64,000 bases of DNA from the human T2T-CHM13v2.0 reference genome, Homo sapiens: NCBI RefSeq assembly GCF_009914755.1, contig NC_060940.1; one strand, 5' to 3'. This document shows, piece after piece, positions 46,031-60,710 of the stretch. The translations under genes were made by a program, and so were the position numbers. The notes beneath the pieces were generated by a model. It was not told the origin of the DNA. It ran no database searches and saw only the letters and a list, made by a program, of their open reading frames with translations. Position 1 is the stretch's first letter, and every line of letters begins with the position of its first letter.

Positions 46031-47155
46031 GATAAAGGGCAATTTAGCATTATTCAAACATGAGTTATTTTGAACAGCTACTTTAACCCATGCACATGTT
46101 TGGAATACACTGATGAATGAACAAATGTTGAATTCCTTAAAACATTTCTTCTGCAACATAATATTTATCAGAATCAGAGACTATACCTCCTGATAAGTGT
46201 CTGGAGAGAAGCTACATTCAGAGGTTGATAAGGACTGAGACTATGATATGTCACTGAGGAGGCAGGCCTTAAAAGTGCTTCAGCCTCCGTCCTTCTCTAG
46301 CAGAAAGACTATACCAGGGCAAAATAAATAAATAATTTAATAAGGAAGCACTTCTTAATTAAATTCTTTGAAATTAGTCCTAAAACATGGATAAATATAT
46401 TTCAAAATACTAAAAAAAAAAAAATCACTTCTATACAGGATGGATTCAGTTCTTCCAGTTGTTATGTTTCAGAGTGGAGATAATGAAATGCAGGTATGTG
46501 TATGTGTGCTTGTGCATTTATATGTGTCACAAGAGTGGACTTGTTATACATGGGTGTTCTGCCCCATCTGGTTCTCTGACTCTAGCATTCTCTTGCTCTT
46601 CTGCCTTCCACCATGGCTGTCATTTTATTTGAATGTTAATTATTAATGGTTAGTGAATAAGGCCACTCCAAGTCCCATGACCAGCTGAGAGGTAGGTAGT
46701 AATAATAGGCATCTCTGTCTCTTCTCTTAGAGCAGTAGTTCAATATTCACTAATTCAATATTTATGGCAACTGTATAGAATTTGACAACTACGAATAATG
46801 TGAACTGACTGTATTTTCCACACACTAGTCCTACCAGAATCTATTCCCTTTTATATCTCAGCTCAACCCTGACATTTTCCCCTCATTGACCTCTTTATGG
46901 CCTTTCTGGACTCCATGAAGCTTCTCAAACACACCAGGTATAGTCCCAACTTGCTCTTTTCTGTCTGGAATGCTAAACTCACTAAAATCTTTATGACTGT
47001 CAGGTTTTATGAAAGTCTAATATACTGTAATATTTACTTATGTATTTAGTTCACTGTTTATCATCTAACTCATACCCAAAGATTCAGTTTTCACCTGAGT
47101 GAAAAATATGCATTCTCTTGTCTTGTTTCTGCAGATGCAAGATGAGGGCCAGACA

Positions 47156-48277
47156 TAGTCAGGTGTTGCTTAACAACAAAGATATAATCTGAGCAGTGTG
47201 TTGTTAGACGATTTTGTCCTCATGCAAATGTGATAGAACTTACACACGCCTAGATCGCACAGCCTACTACACACCTAGGCTACATGGTATTGCTTATTGA
47301 TGCTAGGCCACAAACCTATGCTGAATACTGTAGGCAATTGTAACACAATGGTAAATATTTGTGTGTTTAAACATATCTAAACATAGAAAAGGTGCATTCA
47401 AACTATGGTATAAAAGATAAATTTGGTACACCTGTACAGAGCACTTACCATGAATAGAGCTTACAGGACAGTAAGTGGCTCTGGGTGCATCAGTAAGGGG
47501 GTGGTGAATCAATGTGATGACCTAGGACGTTACTGTGCACTACTGTGGACCTTACAGATTCTGCACACTTAAGCTCTGCTAAATTTGTTCATTTTCTTTC
47601 TTTAATAACACATAACATAACCTTATTATAACTTCTTTTTTTTGAGACGGAGTCTCGCTCTGTCGCCCAGGCTGGAGTGCTGTGGCATGACCTTGGCTCA
47701 CTACAACTTCCACTCCCGTTGAAGTGATTCTCTTGCCTCAGCCTCCCGAGCAGCTGAGATTACAGTAGCTGGGATTATAGGAGCCACCACGCCTGGCTTA
47801 TTTTTGTATGTTTAGTAGAGACGGGGTTTTGCCATGTTGGCCAGGCTGGTCTCCAACTCCTGACCTTAAAGGATCCGCCAAGCCGTGACTCCCAAAGTGC
47901 TGGGATTATAGACATGAGCCACCATGCCTAGCCACTATAACTTCTTTATAAACATTTAAAGTTTTCAAAAATATTTTTACTCTTTTGTAATAACAATTAT
48001 CTTAAAACAGAAACACATTGTACAGCTGCACAAAAATATATTCTTTCTTTACCTCATTATTCTATGATTTTTTTGTTTTTAATTTTTTTAACATTTTAAA
48101 CATTTTAGTTAAAAACTAAGGTGCAAACACACGTTTTAGCCTAGGCCTACACACGGTCAGCAAATTCAAGTTGTCACCAGGAAGCAATAGGAATTTTTTG
48201 GCTTCATTATAATTTTATGAGACCACCGTTGTATATGGTGTCATTAACTGAAACATTGTTATGATGTATAGTACTAT
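47156..48277. mobile_element. Tigger3/Golem (MER7-type) DNA transposon interrupted by AluS (47635-47933, -)
   Basis: 'cagcctactacacacctaggctacatggtat' and 'agcctaggcctacacacggtcag' motifs; Alu TSD tataacttcttt. Confidence 0.85.
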
Positions 48278-48749
48278 ATATACATGTACATATATTTGTA
48301 TACATACACATATTCATATATACATACATAAACATATATCTATGATATATGACACGTTTGATACATATGAATACATGTATATGTGATTTGCAAGTACCCA
48401 GGTGATCACCATTAACAGCCAGATTTCTGTACTGCTGATATAAGTGCCAGCGAACCTCTGAATAAATATTAGAGGAAGAATCCTTGATCTAGTAGTGCTA
48501 TGCTTGATAGATTGATGTTCCAGGGATGTCAGATAGTTTAGGGAAAATAAAATGGTGTGTAAGGGAATAGTGATTTAAAAAGCAAACTCTGGAGCCCAAA
48601 TACCCGATATTTAATACTATCTTGTGGTGAACATTATATATGTGCAACTCATAAAGTAGTGGCATAAAAACTCTTGTTCACTAAAAACACCCAAAGTAAA
48701 GGCATTAGTGAGGTATTCACAGTGAAGCTGGAGACAAAGGATATGCTTA

Positions 48750-49099
<350 letters not shown>

Positions 49100-49544
49100 A
49101 GTTGGAAACTTAAGGCATTTGATGATGGATGTGATTCTGTACATGATGCATTTGAAGCTTTTGCAGTATATCTAGGTAGAGATGTCTAGTAGACAGAAGT
49201 GTGTGCTAGAAAAATGTGCAGAAGCTGCATCATTAGAAGACATAAAGCCTTTAGAGATTTGTGTATAATCTGTGGATGATCGTTTTCACTAGCTCAATCC
49301 TTTGCCCCACATTTGCCACTCTACATGACCTTGCTAATTCTCCTTAAAGTACATATGGCTGTCATTTTATGTTTTTATTTATAAGTTATTTGTCTACTGA
49401 TCATCTCTTTCAGAGGACTGCATGTTCTATATGAACTGGTACCTTTTTCAACTTGTCCACTATTGTATTTATAGCACTTTGATAGTGCTAGTGCCTATTA
49501 TTTGTTGGATGAATAAATGAATAATTAATATGGTGAATTTTTAG

Positions 49545-49927
<383 letters not shown>

Positions 49928-52020
49928 TAAAAATCAGTATTCTTGCATCACCAATATCCCTATGGTGTTAGAAATGGTAGCATCTTTATTCTTTCACAGT
50001 AAAACTAAAATATCTGAAATTAACAACATCATAATCATTTGTCTTGTCTGCTAATAAAGAGTAATGTATAAATCATCACAATGCTAATTATAAAACAAGT
50101 AGATCATATAAATACAGCGTGTCTCATTGCCATTACATACTACAAATGTAGTTATAGCGCTACTAAAAATCAACTCTTCTCAAAATACTAAGACATAACT
50201 CTGGGAACAACTTAAGAAATAAATTTTAAAAGTAACATATGAGTTGGCACAAATAGAATATTAAATGTAATCTTCATATCTTTAATTATGCAAGTCATAG
50301 AAGCAGATGTAAAAGAAAACTTGTATTGAGTAATATATGTTAATAACTTCATATTCAGTTCCCTCAAATCAAATGATTCAGCCAAGTTTTATAGCTTGAG
50401 AAGTACTTTATTATACAGAGCACTGAACTAATGACCAGATAAAGAATTTTCTGCTAGCTTTCACTTAGTTCTGAAAAGTCATAGCAAATGCAATAAAATT
50501 ATATTGCATCTTGTATTATTGATATTTGTGTTATTTCCTCTTTTCGAGTCATTTCTCTTTTTACATTCTCACTAAGGTGAGCTACAAAAGAACTATATCT
50601 CTCCCTGGGAAGTACATCTAATGAGAGTGAATGATTGAGAAAAGAAATATTTTACTAAATAGCTTGACCAAGTTTTCAAGAGTGAGCACATACTTTATGT
50701 AATGTAACTACTCCATTTTATAGGGATGTAAACTTAGACCCAAAGAATTGAGGTATACTCTTTAAAATTATGTTTAGTTAGTGATGATAGAATATAACTC
50801 AAGTCATTGGATGAAGTTACTCCACTATACTATGAGAGTAGCAACTAAGAAATGGCCAAACAGGCATGGTTGGCCTGATACTTTTCCTGTGTTTAATGGG
50901 AATTTTATTAAGGTAGGAAAGCAAACTACTCTAAGTAGTAGCCTTTTATGTTCACACTTTATCATCCATCTCCATCCTAAGAGATCAGTAAATTTCAGAC
51001 TTCAAACAAATAAATAATAGCTCCCCATCAGGAGAAGGTTCTGATATCTCTGTAATTGTAAGCAATATATACAACGAAATTCTCCATTCTCTAAGAAAGG
51101 TGGTTTGATCCTTCATCTTATAGTCTTCAATCATTCATTCAGTGTTAAGTATTTTCTGTGTGCAAGATACCTCATTAATCTTTTACAGATACAAAATTTA
51201 AATTAAAAAAAAATTGAAGACTTCTGTTTCTGGTTCTGCACATAAGAAACCCGGAAGTCACCATTCCATCCTAACAACAAGCAAAAAGCCGAACAGACTG
51301 AAAAGTCAGCAAGTCATCTAGGATCTGTAAGAGTGGTGAAGACACAGGACAAATATCTCCTCCCAAGAACGGAGAGACAGGCAGGGAAACATAGGGAGCC
51401 ACTGTTTACAGGAGCAGAAACCACCCTGAAATCAGTGTTGGGGTAGGAGAATCTGAATTGGAGTTGATGAAACACTGAAGGCTCAGTGTGGAATAATCTG
51501 TAAGGTAAAAACTTCTAGAGGACCCAGGCATGAAGAATAGGGGACTTTTTTTGTTAGTTTTACCTTCAGGCGCACTGCTAGGTTCTCACGTCAAATATCA
51601 GAGAAAAATCTCCTCCCTTCCCTGTCTCCCATGCTTCCAGCAGGGGAAGGGCAAAGGATACCATTCTGAAATACGCCAGAGCATTTTATTCTTTTTAACA
51701 TGGCTTGACCTTAGGAGAGACTAGTTAACAAGGGTCTAGCTAGCTAGGGTATCATCAGAGCCTAACTTACCTCGGAGAAGGAAAATACCCAACTGCAGTC
51801 CACTCTAGATATCTTCTCCATCTGAGCAGGGAGAAAAAAAATGGAGAAGCACTTGTGAAGTTCTCAGCACAGAAGAATGGTCTCACTAAGAGTCTGAGAC
51901 CGATTCATAGGACTGTAGTACACTTTGCCTATGCCCACACATTACTCATGCATTACTAAAAGCCTCTTTACAGTAGATTCTCTTAACTGTTACATTAAAT
52001 TTACAAGGCATGCCAAAAGG

Positions 52021-52022
<2 letters not shown>

Positions 52023-52067
<45 letters not shown>
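52023..52067. repeat. (CA)n microsatellite
   Basis: Direct inspection. Confidence 0.95.
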
Positions 52068-52069
<2 letters not shown>

Positions 52070-54022
52070 TTTGAGGAGGCAGAACAGCATCAGAACTGAC
52101 ATGACAGGGATGTTAGAATTATTAGACTGGGAATTTAAACTAACTATGGCCAATATGCTAAGGACCATAATGGGAACGTAGACAGCATGCAAGAACATGT
52201 GAACAATATAACCAGAGAATTAGAAATCCTAAGAAAGAACCAAAAAGAAATGTTTGAGATCAAAAACACTGTAACAGAAATGAAGAACGCCTTTGATTGG
52301 CTTATTAGTAGACTGGCACAGCTGAAGGAAAATCTTTGAGCATGAGGCTATCTCAGTAGAAAACTCCAAAACTAAAAAGGAAAAGGAACATGGACTGAAA
52401 AACAACCAACAACATCCAAGGAGTGTGGGACAAATACAGAAAGGTGTAACATGCCTGTAATAAGAAAACCAGAAAAAGAAGAAAGAAAAAGGAACAGAAG
52501 AAGTGTCAGACACCAAACCACAGATCCAAGAAATTCAAAGAACAACAAACTTGATAAATGCCAAAAAAAAAAAAAAAAAGCCCACTACACCTAGGCATAT
52601 CATTTATAAACTACAGAAAATTGATGATGTAGAAAAAAATTCTCAGAGAAGTCAAAGAAAAACAACACCTTACCCATAGAGGAAGAAATATGAGAATTAC
52701 ATCTGACTTCCCCTCGGAAATCATGAAAGCAAGAAGAGAATAGAATTAGCTATTTAAAATGCTGAGAGAAAACAAAGCGAAACACCAACGTAGAACTTTA
52801 TGCTCTGTGACATTACCCTTGACAGTGAAGGAGAAATATAGACTTTTTCAGGCAAACAAGAATTAAGGGAACTTGATGGCGGTAGACCTACTTTGCAAGA
52901 AACATTAAATGTAGTGCTTTAGAGAAAAAGACGATAATATAGATCAGAAACTCATATCAACATAACAAAAGGAGGAACATCAAGAATGAATATGTAAAGG
53001 TAAAATACATTTTTTATTTGTCTTATTCCTAACTGATCTAACAATAACTTTTTTCAAAATAGTAATAACAACTATGCATTCAATTAGATATAAATGTATA
53101 TTATTTTGTATGTTTATGCACAAGTGAAATGAATTACAAGCAATAATATAAGAGATAAGAGAAAATTTTGTTATTATAGGGTATTCATGCCATTAGTGAA
53201 CTAGTATAGCATATTTGAAAGTAGTCTTGGATTCCTTGTAATGCATATTGCAAATTATAGGGCAACCACTAAAAAGATTAAAAAAAAGAAGTATAACTGA
53301 CATGCTAAGAAAGGAATTAAACTGGAATCATATAAAATGCTTCATTAAAACCACAAAAAAGTGGAAAAAAGTAGAACACAAAAATAAGAACAATAAACAA
53401 GTGCGACAAATAGGAAACAGTAACAAATATGGTAGACATTAACTCAATTATGTCAATAATGACTTTGAATATAAGTTGTCTCAATGCACTCATTAACAGA
53501 GAATGTCACAGTGGATGAAAAAACAATACTCAGATCTATATGTTTCTACCAGAAGCACACATTAAACATAAAGCTATATGTATTTATAATTTATATACAT
53601 ATATACATTAAGAGTAAATAAATGGCTAAAAATATACCAAACTAACACTAATCAAAAGAAAGAAGAAGTAGCTATATTTATTTCAGATAAAACAAATTTC
53701 AAATCAAGGGAAATTATCAGGAATAAATCAGGGCATTACATGATGAAAAATAGGCTGATTCTCCAAAAAAATATAATGATACTTAATTTGTATGCACCTA
53801 ATAACAGTGTCAAACTACATGAGGGAAAAAATCAATAGAATTAAAAAAAATCACATAATCATCTTAATAGACATAGAAAAACAAACAAACATTTGAAAAT
53901 ATCCAGCATACTTTCATGAACAAAACATTCAATAAATGAGAAATAGGATAGAACCTCCTCAATTCAATAAAGGCCATCTATTAAAAAACAAAAACAAAAA
54001 CAGCTAAGATTATACTTAATGA

Positions 54023-54386
<364 letters not shown>

Positions 54387-57300
54387 CCCTCTCACTACTT
54401 ATATTTAACATTTTAGTGAAGGTTCTAGTCAGGGAAATTAGGCAAGAAAAAATAATAAAGGCATTCAAATTAGGAAGGAAGAAGGACATGATCTTATAAA
54501 TAAAAAAATTCAAATTCATTCATTAACAAAATTCTTAGAACCAATACTCAAGTTCAGCATGGCTTCATGATACAATTTTAATATACAAAAATCTATTGTA
54601 TTTCTATATCCTTTAACAAATAATCCAAGAATATTAAGAAAATAATTTGATTTACAATAAAACTAAATATAATAAAATACTTAGGAAATAATTTAACAAA
54701 TAAATGTAAAATATGTACACTGAAACCTATAAAATTCCATTGAAATAATTTTTAAAAGATCTAAATAAATGAAAACAAGTACAAAGTTCATGATTTATAT
54801 TACTTATCATTAAGATGATGATACTCTTTACATCGATCTATAGACTCGATGAACTCTATATACAAATTCCACCTAAATTATTTGTAGAAATTAGCAAGTT
54901 AATTCTAAAATTTACATGAAATTTCACAGGTCACAAAATAGTCTAAACAATCTTAAGAGTAAGAATAATGTAGAAGTACTTACAAAGCAGGGAATTGAGA
55001 CAGTGTGACATTGTCATAAGGATAGACATGTGGATCAATGGAAGATAACTCAGAGTTCAGAAGTAAATCTATACATTTACAGCAACTGATTTTCGAAAAT
55101 GGTGGCAAGACCCTTCAAATGGTGCCAGGCCAGCTGGATAGCCACTTGCATACCTCACACCATACACAGCAATTAACTCCAAATGGATCAAAGACCTCAA
55201 TGTAAGAGATACAGCTATGAACGTCTTGGAGTAGAACACAGGGGTAAATAATCATGACCTTCAATTAGGCAAAAATTCTCACGTATGACACAAAAGCATG
55301 AACAACGAAAGAAAAATAAATTAGACTTAATCAAATTTAAAAATAAAAACCTTTGTGCTTCAAAAAGTCAGCATCAAGAAAGTAAAAAGACAAACCACAG
55401 AATGGGAGAAATATTTTCAAATCATATGTCAGATAAGTGGGTTGTATCTAGAATATATAAAGAACACTCAGAAATCAGTAATAAAAAGACAAATAACCCA
55501 ATTAAAAATAGATACAACATATGAATAGACATTTATTCAAGGAAGATATATAAATGTCTAGCACACACTTGATAAAATGCTTGACATCACTAGGTATTAG
55601 GGAAATGAAAATCAAAACCACAGTGAGTTTCTGGAAATTTGGGTTGTTTACACCTTATCTATTGTGAACACGGCTGCTATGAACAGTTGTGTAGAAGTAT
55701 TTGTTTACATATACGTACATATTATTAAAAATAATTATTAAACAAATACTTCTACATAATTATTTCTCGCAGCCCTATTCACAATAGCTAAAGAGAAATC
55801 AACCTAAATGACTACAAACTCATAAGATGTGATAGATACACATACGATTGGTTATTAGCCACAAAAAAGAATGAAGTACTGACACATGTGACTGAACTAA
55901 CCTTGAAACATTGTGCTCAGTGAGCTAACACAGTCACAAAAGATCACGTTTTATGATTCTAGTCATTTGAAAGTCCAGAATATAAAAATATACAGATAGA
56001 GTAGATTCAGGATTGCCTAGACCTTGCATGTGTGTGCAGCAGAGGGGTTGTTAGAGAAGAGATAGTTAAAAGGTATGGAATTTCTTGTTGAGAAGAAAAT
56101 AATGACTTTGTTGCTTGTTGCACATATATATAAACATACTGAAAACTGAAAACATACTGAAAAATTGATTAGTACACATTAGATAAGTGAAATATATGAC
56201 GATAAAGATACCGAAGATTAAACCAAAGACATATTGCAAGCACTAAGCCTATAAATCTCTTGGCTGAAAACACTGGAGTAGATACTCAGGGCTTTGGATT
56301 AAGCAGTGATGTCTTATATATAGAATCTAAATCACAAGCAACCCAGAAAAACATCGATAATTTGGGTTTCACTAAAATTAAAAAACTGTTGGACATCACA
56401 GGACATCTTCAAAAAAAGTGGAAAGACAACCCAGACATGGTGAAGGTTATCTGCAAATCATATATTTGATAAGAGATGTGTACTTCAAATCTATAAGGAA
56501 CACTGATAACTCAATTTAAAAAAGACAACAATGGTAAAGGATTTGAATAGCTGTTTCTTCCAATGGCCAATAAGTATATGAAAATATAAAAAATCAACCC
56601 CCAATGTGATAATACCTCATGCCTATTAGAATGATTATGATCAGGATACAAATAATAAGTTTTGGTGAGGATATGGAGAAACTGAAACATTCGTACTATG
56701 CTTTTTGGAATGTAAAATGGTGCATTCACATTGAAAAATATTTTGGCAGTTCCTTAAAAGGTTTATCATATTTACCAAATGACCAAGAAATTCCACTCCT
56801 ATGTAAATATTTAAAAGAAAGAAAAATGTGTCCACAGAAAAACTTGTAAAAGAGTATTCATAAAAGTATTTTCATAACGGCCAAGTAAATATTATACATA
56901 ATAGCCAAAAGCAACCCAAATTGCCATTAGCTGATCAATGGATACATACAATGTGGTAAATTCATACAATGGAATATTATTTGACAATAAAAAGGTATAA
57001 AGTACAACCTATTCAAAGTTAATCCATGAACCTATTTATGTTAAACACGTAAACATGTTAAATGAAATAAGCCATGCACAAAGACTGAATAGTATATGAA
57101 TCCATTCATATGAAATATCCAGAGTAGGCAAATATAAAAGAAAAATAAGTTTGTGGGTGCCTAGGACTGGGGAGGATGAAAGGAATGGGTGACGACTGCT
57201 AAGTACTGGTTTGTTGTTGTTGTTGCTTTTGGTAATGAAAATATATCATGTTTGTGGATTAGAAGATTCAAGAAGAAATTGACAAGATCATTCTAAAAGT

Positions 57301-57944
57301 TATATGAAAATGTAAAGAACCCAGACTAGTCAAAACAATTCTGTAAAAACTAACTTGGAGCACATACATTATTCAATTTTAAATTTTACTATACACCCAA
57401 AATAATTTAAAAAGTGGAAGTGTTGGCATGTTGATAGCTTCAAAGATAATGAAGCAGAATTAAGAATACAGACATACATGGTCAATTAATTTTTTACTAA
57501 TGTGACAGGGTAATTTGTTGAAGTAAAAAAAATCTTTTCAGCAAAAGTTGCCGAGACGATGGTATATGCATATGACAATGAACCTTGAGCTTTCCCTCAT
57601 AGGATACACAAATATAAATAAATGCGGATGGATAGGATAAATATAAGATTAAATATAGAAATTAAACTATTTTCTTTGAGACGAAAATATGTCTTATTTT
57701 ATTTTAGAAAATATATAAATATAAAATATTTTTTATATATTTTCTTCTCAAAGCCATTTTCTTTGAGAAAAAAATACAGGAGAAAATTTTTCTGACATTG
57801 AAATGAGTAAAAATTTCTTAGATAAGACACAAAAGTCTAAACCATTTAAAAATGATGAATTACATTTCATCAAATTCAAAACAGCAATATAGAACAATAC
57901 AAACCATAGTTTCCTTTTTAAAACACACTGTTAAAAATGAAAAG

Positions 57945-58130
57945 GTGCCAGGCATGGTTGTGTACACCTGTAGTCCTAGCCAATCGTGAGGCTGAGGCAG
58001 GGGAACCCAGTTGTTTGGGATTGCAGTGAGCTATAACTGTGCCTGTGAATAGTCACTACACTACATGCTGGGCAACATAGTTAGATCCTGTCTCTATGTC
58101 TCCAAAAAACAAATAATAATCATAAAATAA
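57945..58130 (+). mobile_element. FAM (fossil Alu monomer)
   Basis: Monomer retaining 7SL-derived 'gcctgtgaatagtcactacac'; A-rich tail. Confidence 0.8.
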
Positions 58131-59746
58131 AATGTAAAAGTGGAAAGGAAAGGCACAAACTGAAAGAAAATATTTAAAAAGCATATATTCTACAAAGGAC
58201 CTGTACCCAGAATATATAGAGACATTTTGCAAGTTAATAACAACGTGACAGACAATCCAATAAATAAAATGATAGGTACTTTATTGAGAGAGTTAAATCA
58301 ATGGTAAATAAGCACATAAGATGTTTGACACCATTTTTGTCATTAGAAAATTAATATTGAAACTGCAATGACATTTGAATATACATCTATTATAAAGACT
58401 TAAAATGGTTATATAATTGCTTAAATAAACAAATGAGAAATATGACAACGTCAAATGTTGGCAAGGATGAGGAACAACAGAAACACTCATACCTTCCTAC
58501 TAAAAATTCAATATGTTAATAATAGTCATTAAAAAAATTCAGCAATTTTTTATCAAGTTAAAATATGCTTTCCATGTGACTCAGCAATCCCACTCCTAGG
58601 TCTTTACCCAAGAAATGTAAATGTATGTCACAAGAAGACATGTGTTTTTGTTTGTAACTTACACCTGTTAAATAATGCTAATGGAACTTCATTCATAATG
58701 GCCCCAAACCACAAATAACTCACATGCCCATCAATTGGTGAATGTTCCAAAAGTTTATAATATATATTCACAGAATAGAGTATTACTTAGTAATAAAAAG
58801 AATGAGTTACTAATACACGCTAAAACATTAATACATTTTAAATATGTTGTACTAAATGAAAGATGCTAGACAGAAAAGACTGCGCACTACATGCCTCCAT
58901 TTATATGAAACCACGAGAGCAGGCAGATCAATGTTTGCTGGGGCAAGATGCTAGCAAAAACGTTTGCAAATTGGAATCTCAGCATTTTTCATGGGTGATG
59001 GAAATGTTTACTATCATGACTGTGGTGGTAGTTACACTGCTATTTGTTAAAACTTATTCAACTCTACATTTGGCAATTTGTATTGTATATAAATTATCTC
59101 AAAGCTAATTTCAACAGATAAAAGAGAGATACAATATGCAAACTTTAACAAAACTATGTATTACTCTGTTTTATTTTTCTTTTCCTCTGCCTGAAATATA
59201 GGAGACCTATGTCTTCCTCCTTCCTTATCGATGCCTAATACTACAAAATATATGGCTTGCAAAATCAGATCAAACATCTGCATTTTCTATTCTATAAGAG
59301 TCTAGTAGCTTAGAATATTTGTTAGAACTGCCTTCAAAGGCATGCTAAGCATTATTTTCAAAACATGTAAAGAATCCTATCATTTTAAAACATGGCTACA
59401 GAGGTTTTCAAATAAATAGAAACATAAACCTCTGCTATACTGCCATAATTTGACTATAGAGTTGCTCATCCTGATAAAAAAAGATACGAAGAGTTTTAGC
59501 CAATATATTTTTGCTAACCAAATATTCAGCTCATATCAAGACGAAGTCACTAATTTATTCATATATTTATTTTTAAAAAGCAAGTAGTAGAACACACTAC
59601 CAAATATATTTTTTTCAGAAGAACATAAAGTTGAATATCACAGAGACAAGCCATCATATTTGAGATGGTAATCAAAAAGAAATTGGAGTTGTTATGTGTA
59701 CAAATTTGAGAGAATCACTCAAGTAAAAGTTAAAAGTTAATAATAT

Positions 59747-60096
59747 ATTTTCTTTCTTTCTTTCTTTCCTTCCTTCCTTCCTTCCTTCCTTCTTTCTTTC
59801 TTTTTTTTGAGACAGAGTCTCACTTTGTCACCCAGGCTGGGGTGCAGTGGCACTATCTCGAGATCGGCTCACTGCAACCTTCGTCTCCTGGGTTCAAGTG
59901 ATTCTCATGCCTCAGCCTCCCTAGTAGCTGGAACTACAGGTGTGTGTCACTATGTCCGGTTAATTTTTGTAATTTTAGTAGAGACAGTGTTTCACCATGT
60001 TGGCCAGGTTGGTGTCAAACTCCTGACCTCAGGTGATCGTCCCTCGTCAGCCTCCCAAAGTGCTGGGATTACAGATGTCAGCCACTGTACCCAGCC
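59747..60096 (-). mobile_element. AluS with (TTTC/TTCC)n tail
   Basis: Dimer with small insertion 'tctcgagatcggctc'. Confidence 0.93.
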
Positions 60097-60522
60097 ATAT
60101 ACATTCTTTCATACAGTAAAGAAATATCAAAATCCAAATAATACATAGAAATAAAATAAATGCAAGTTAGAATAAATCTTGAAATTGTATTTTACCTTCT
60201 AGCCAGAAAAATCCATTAATGAATAGAAAATATCCTTTGTTGCCAGTAAAAGAAAATACAATATTTTCTTCTTTTGAAATTACTAACTTCGTAGAATTAT
60301 TTGACAATACTGAAGATGTCCAAGCAAACCTTATCTTTCTTACTTTCATAAGCAAGACATTAAATATTGCAATGGAGATCCTTGGATACAAGTTGAAATT
60401 GACGCTAACATCCATGTTCAGAATCTACTTTTTTAAAAATGAGCTGAGAATCTGAAACTGATTATGTGTTCTGTTACTGTGTATAAAGATGAAAGGTCTA
60501 ATTGGCCTATGGGACCTCTTGA

Positions 60523-60710
60523 CAGGACAGATTTAACCATGAAGCAGAGTAGGGACAGGACCAAAGGCCCATGGTGCTTTTAGGGATGCATGAAAATATT
60601 TTAATTCATTTCAAAATCAAAATATAAACTGAATAAATCAAGCTGGATGATAGCTGTCTTCATACCAAAACAGTTATGAAATATAGTATTTTTGTATTAA
60701 TCTGACTCTA
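60523..60710. mobile_element. hAT-family DNA transposon remnant
   Basis: 'ggcccatggtgcttttaggg..catgaaaatattttaatt..tcttcatacca' resembles a hAT-Tip100 MER element; weak recall. Confidence 0.4.
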
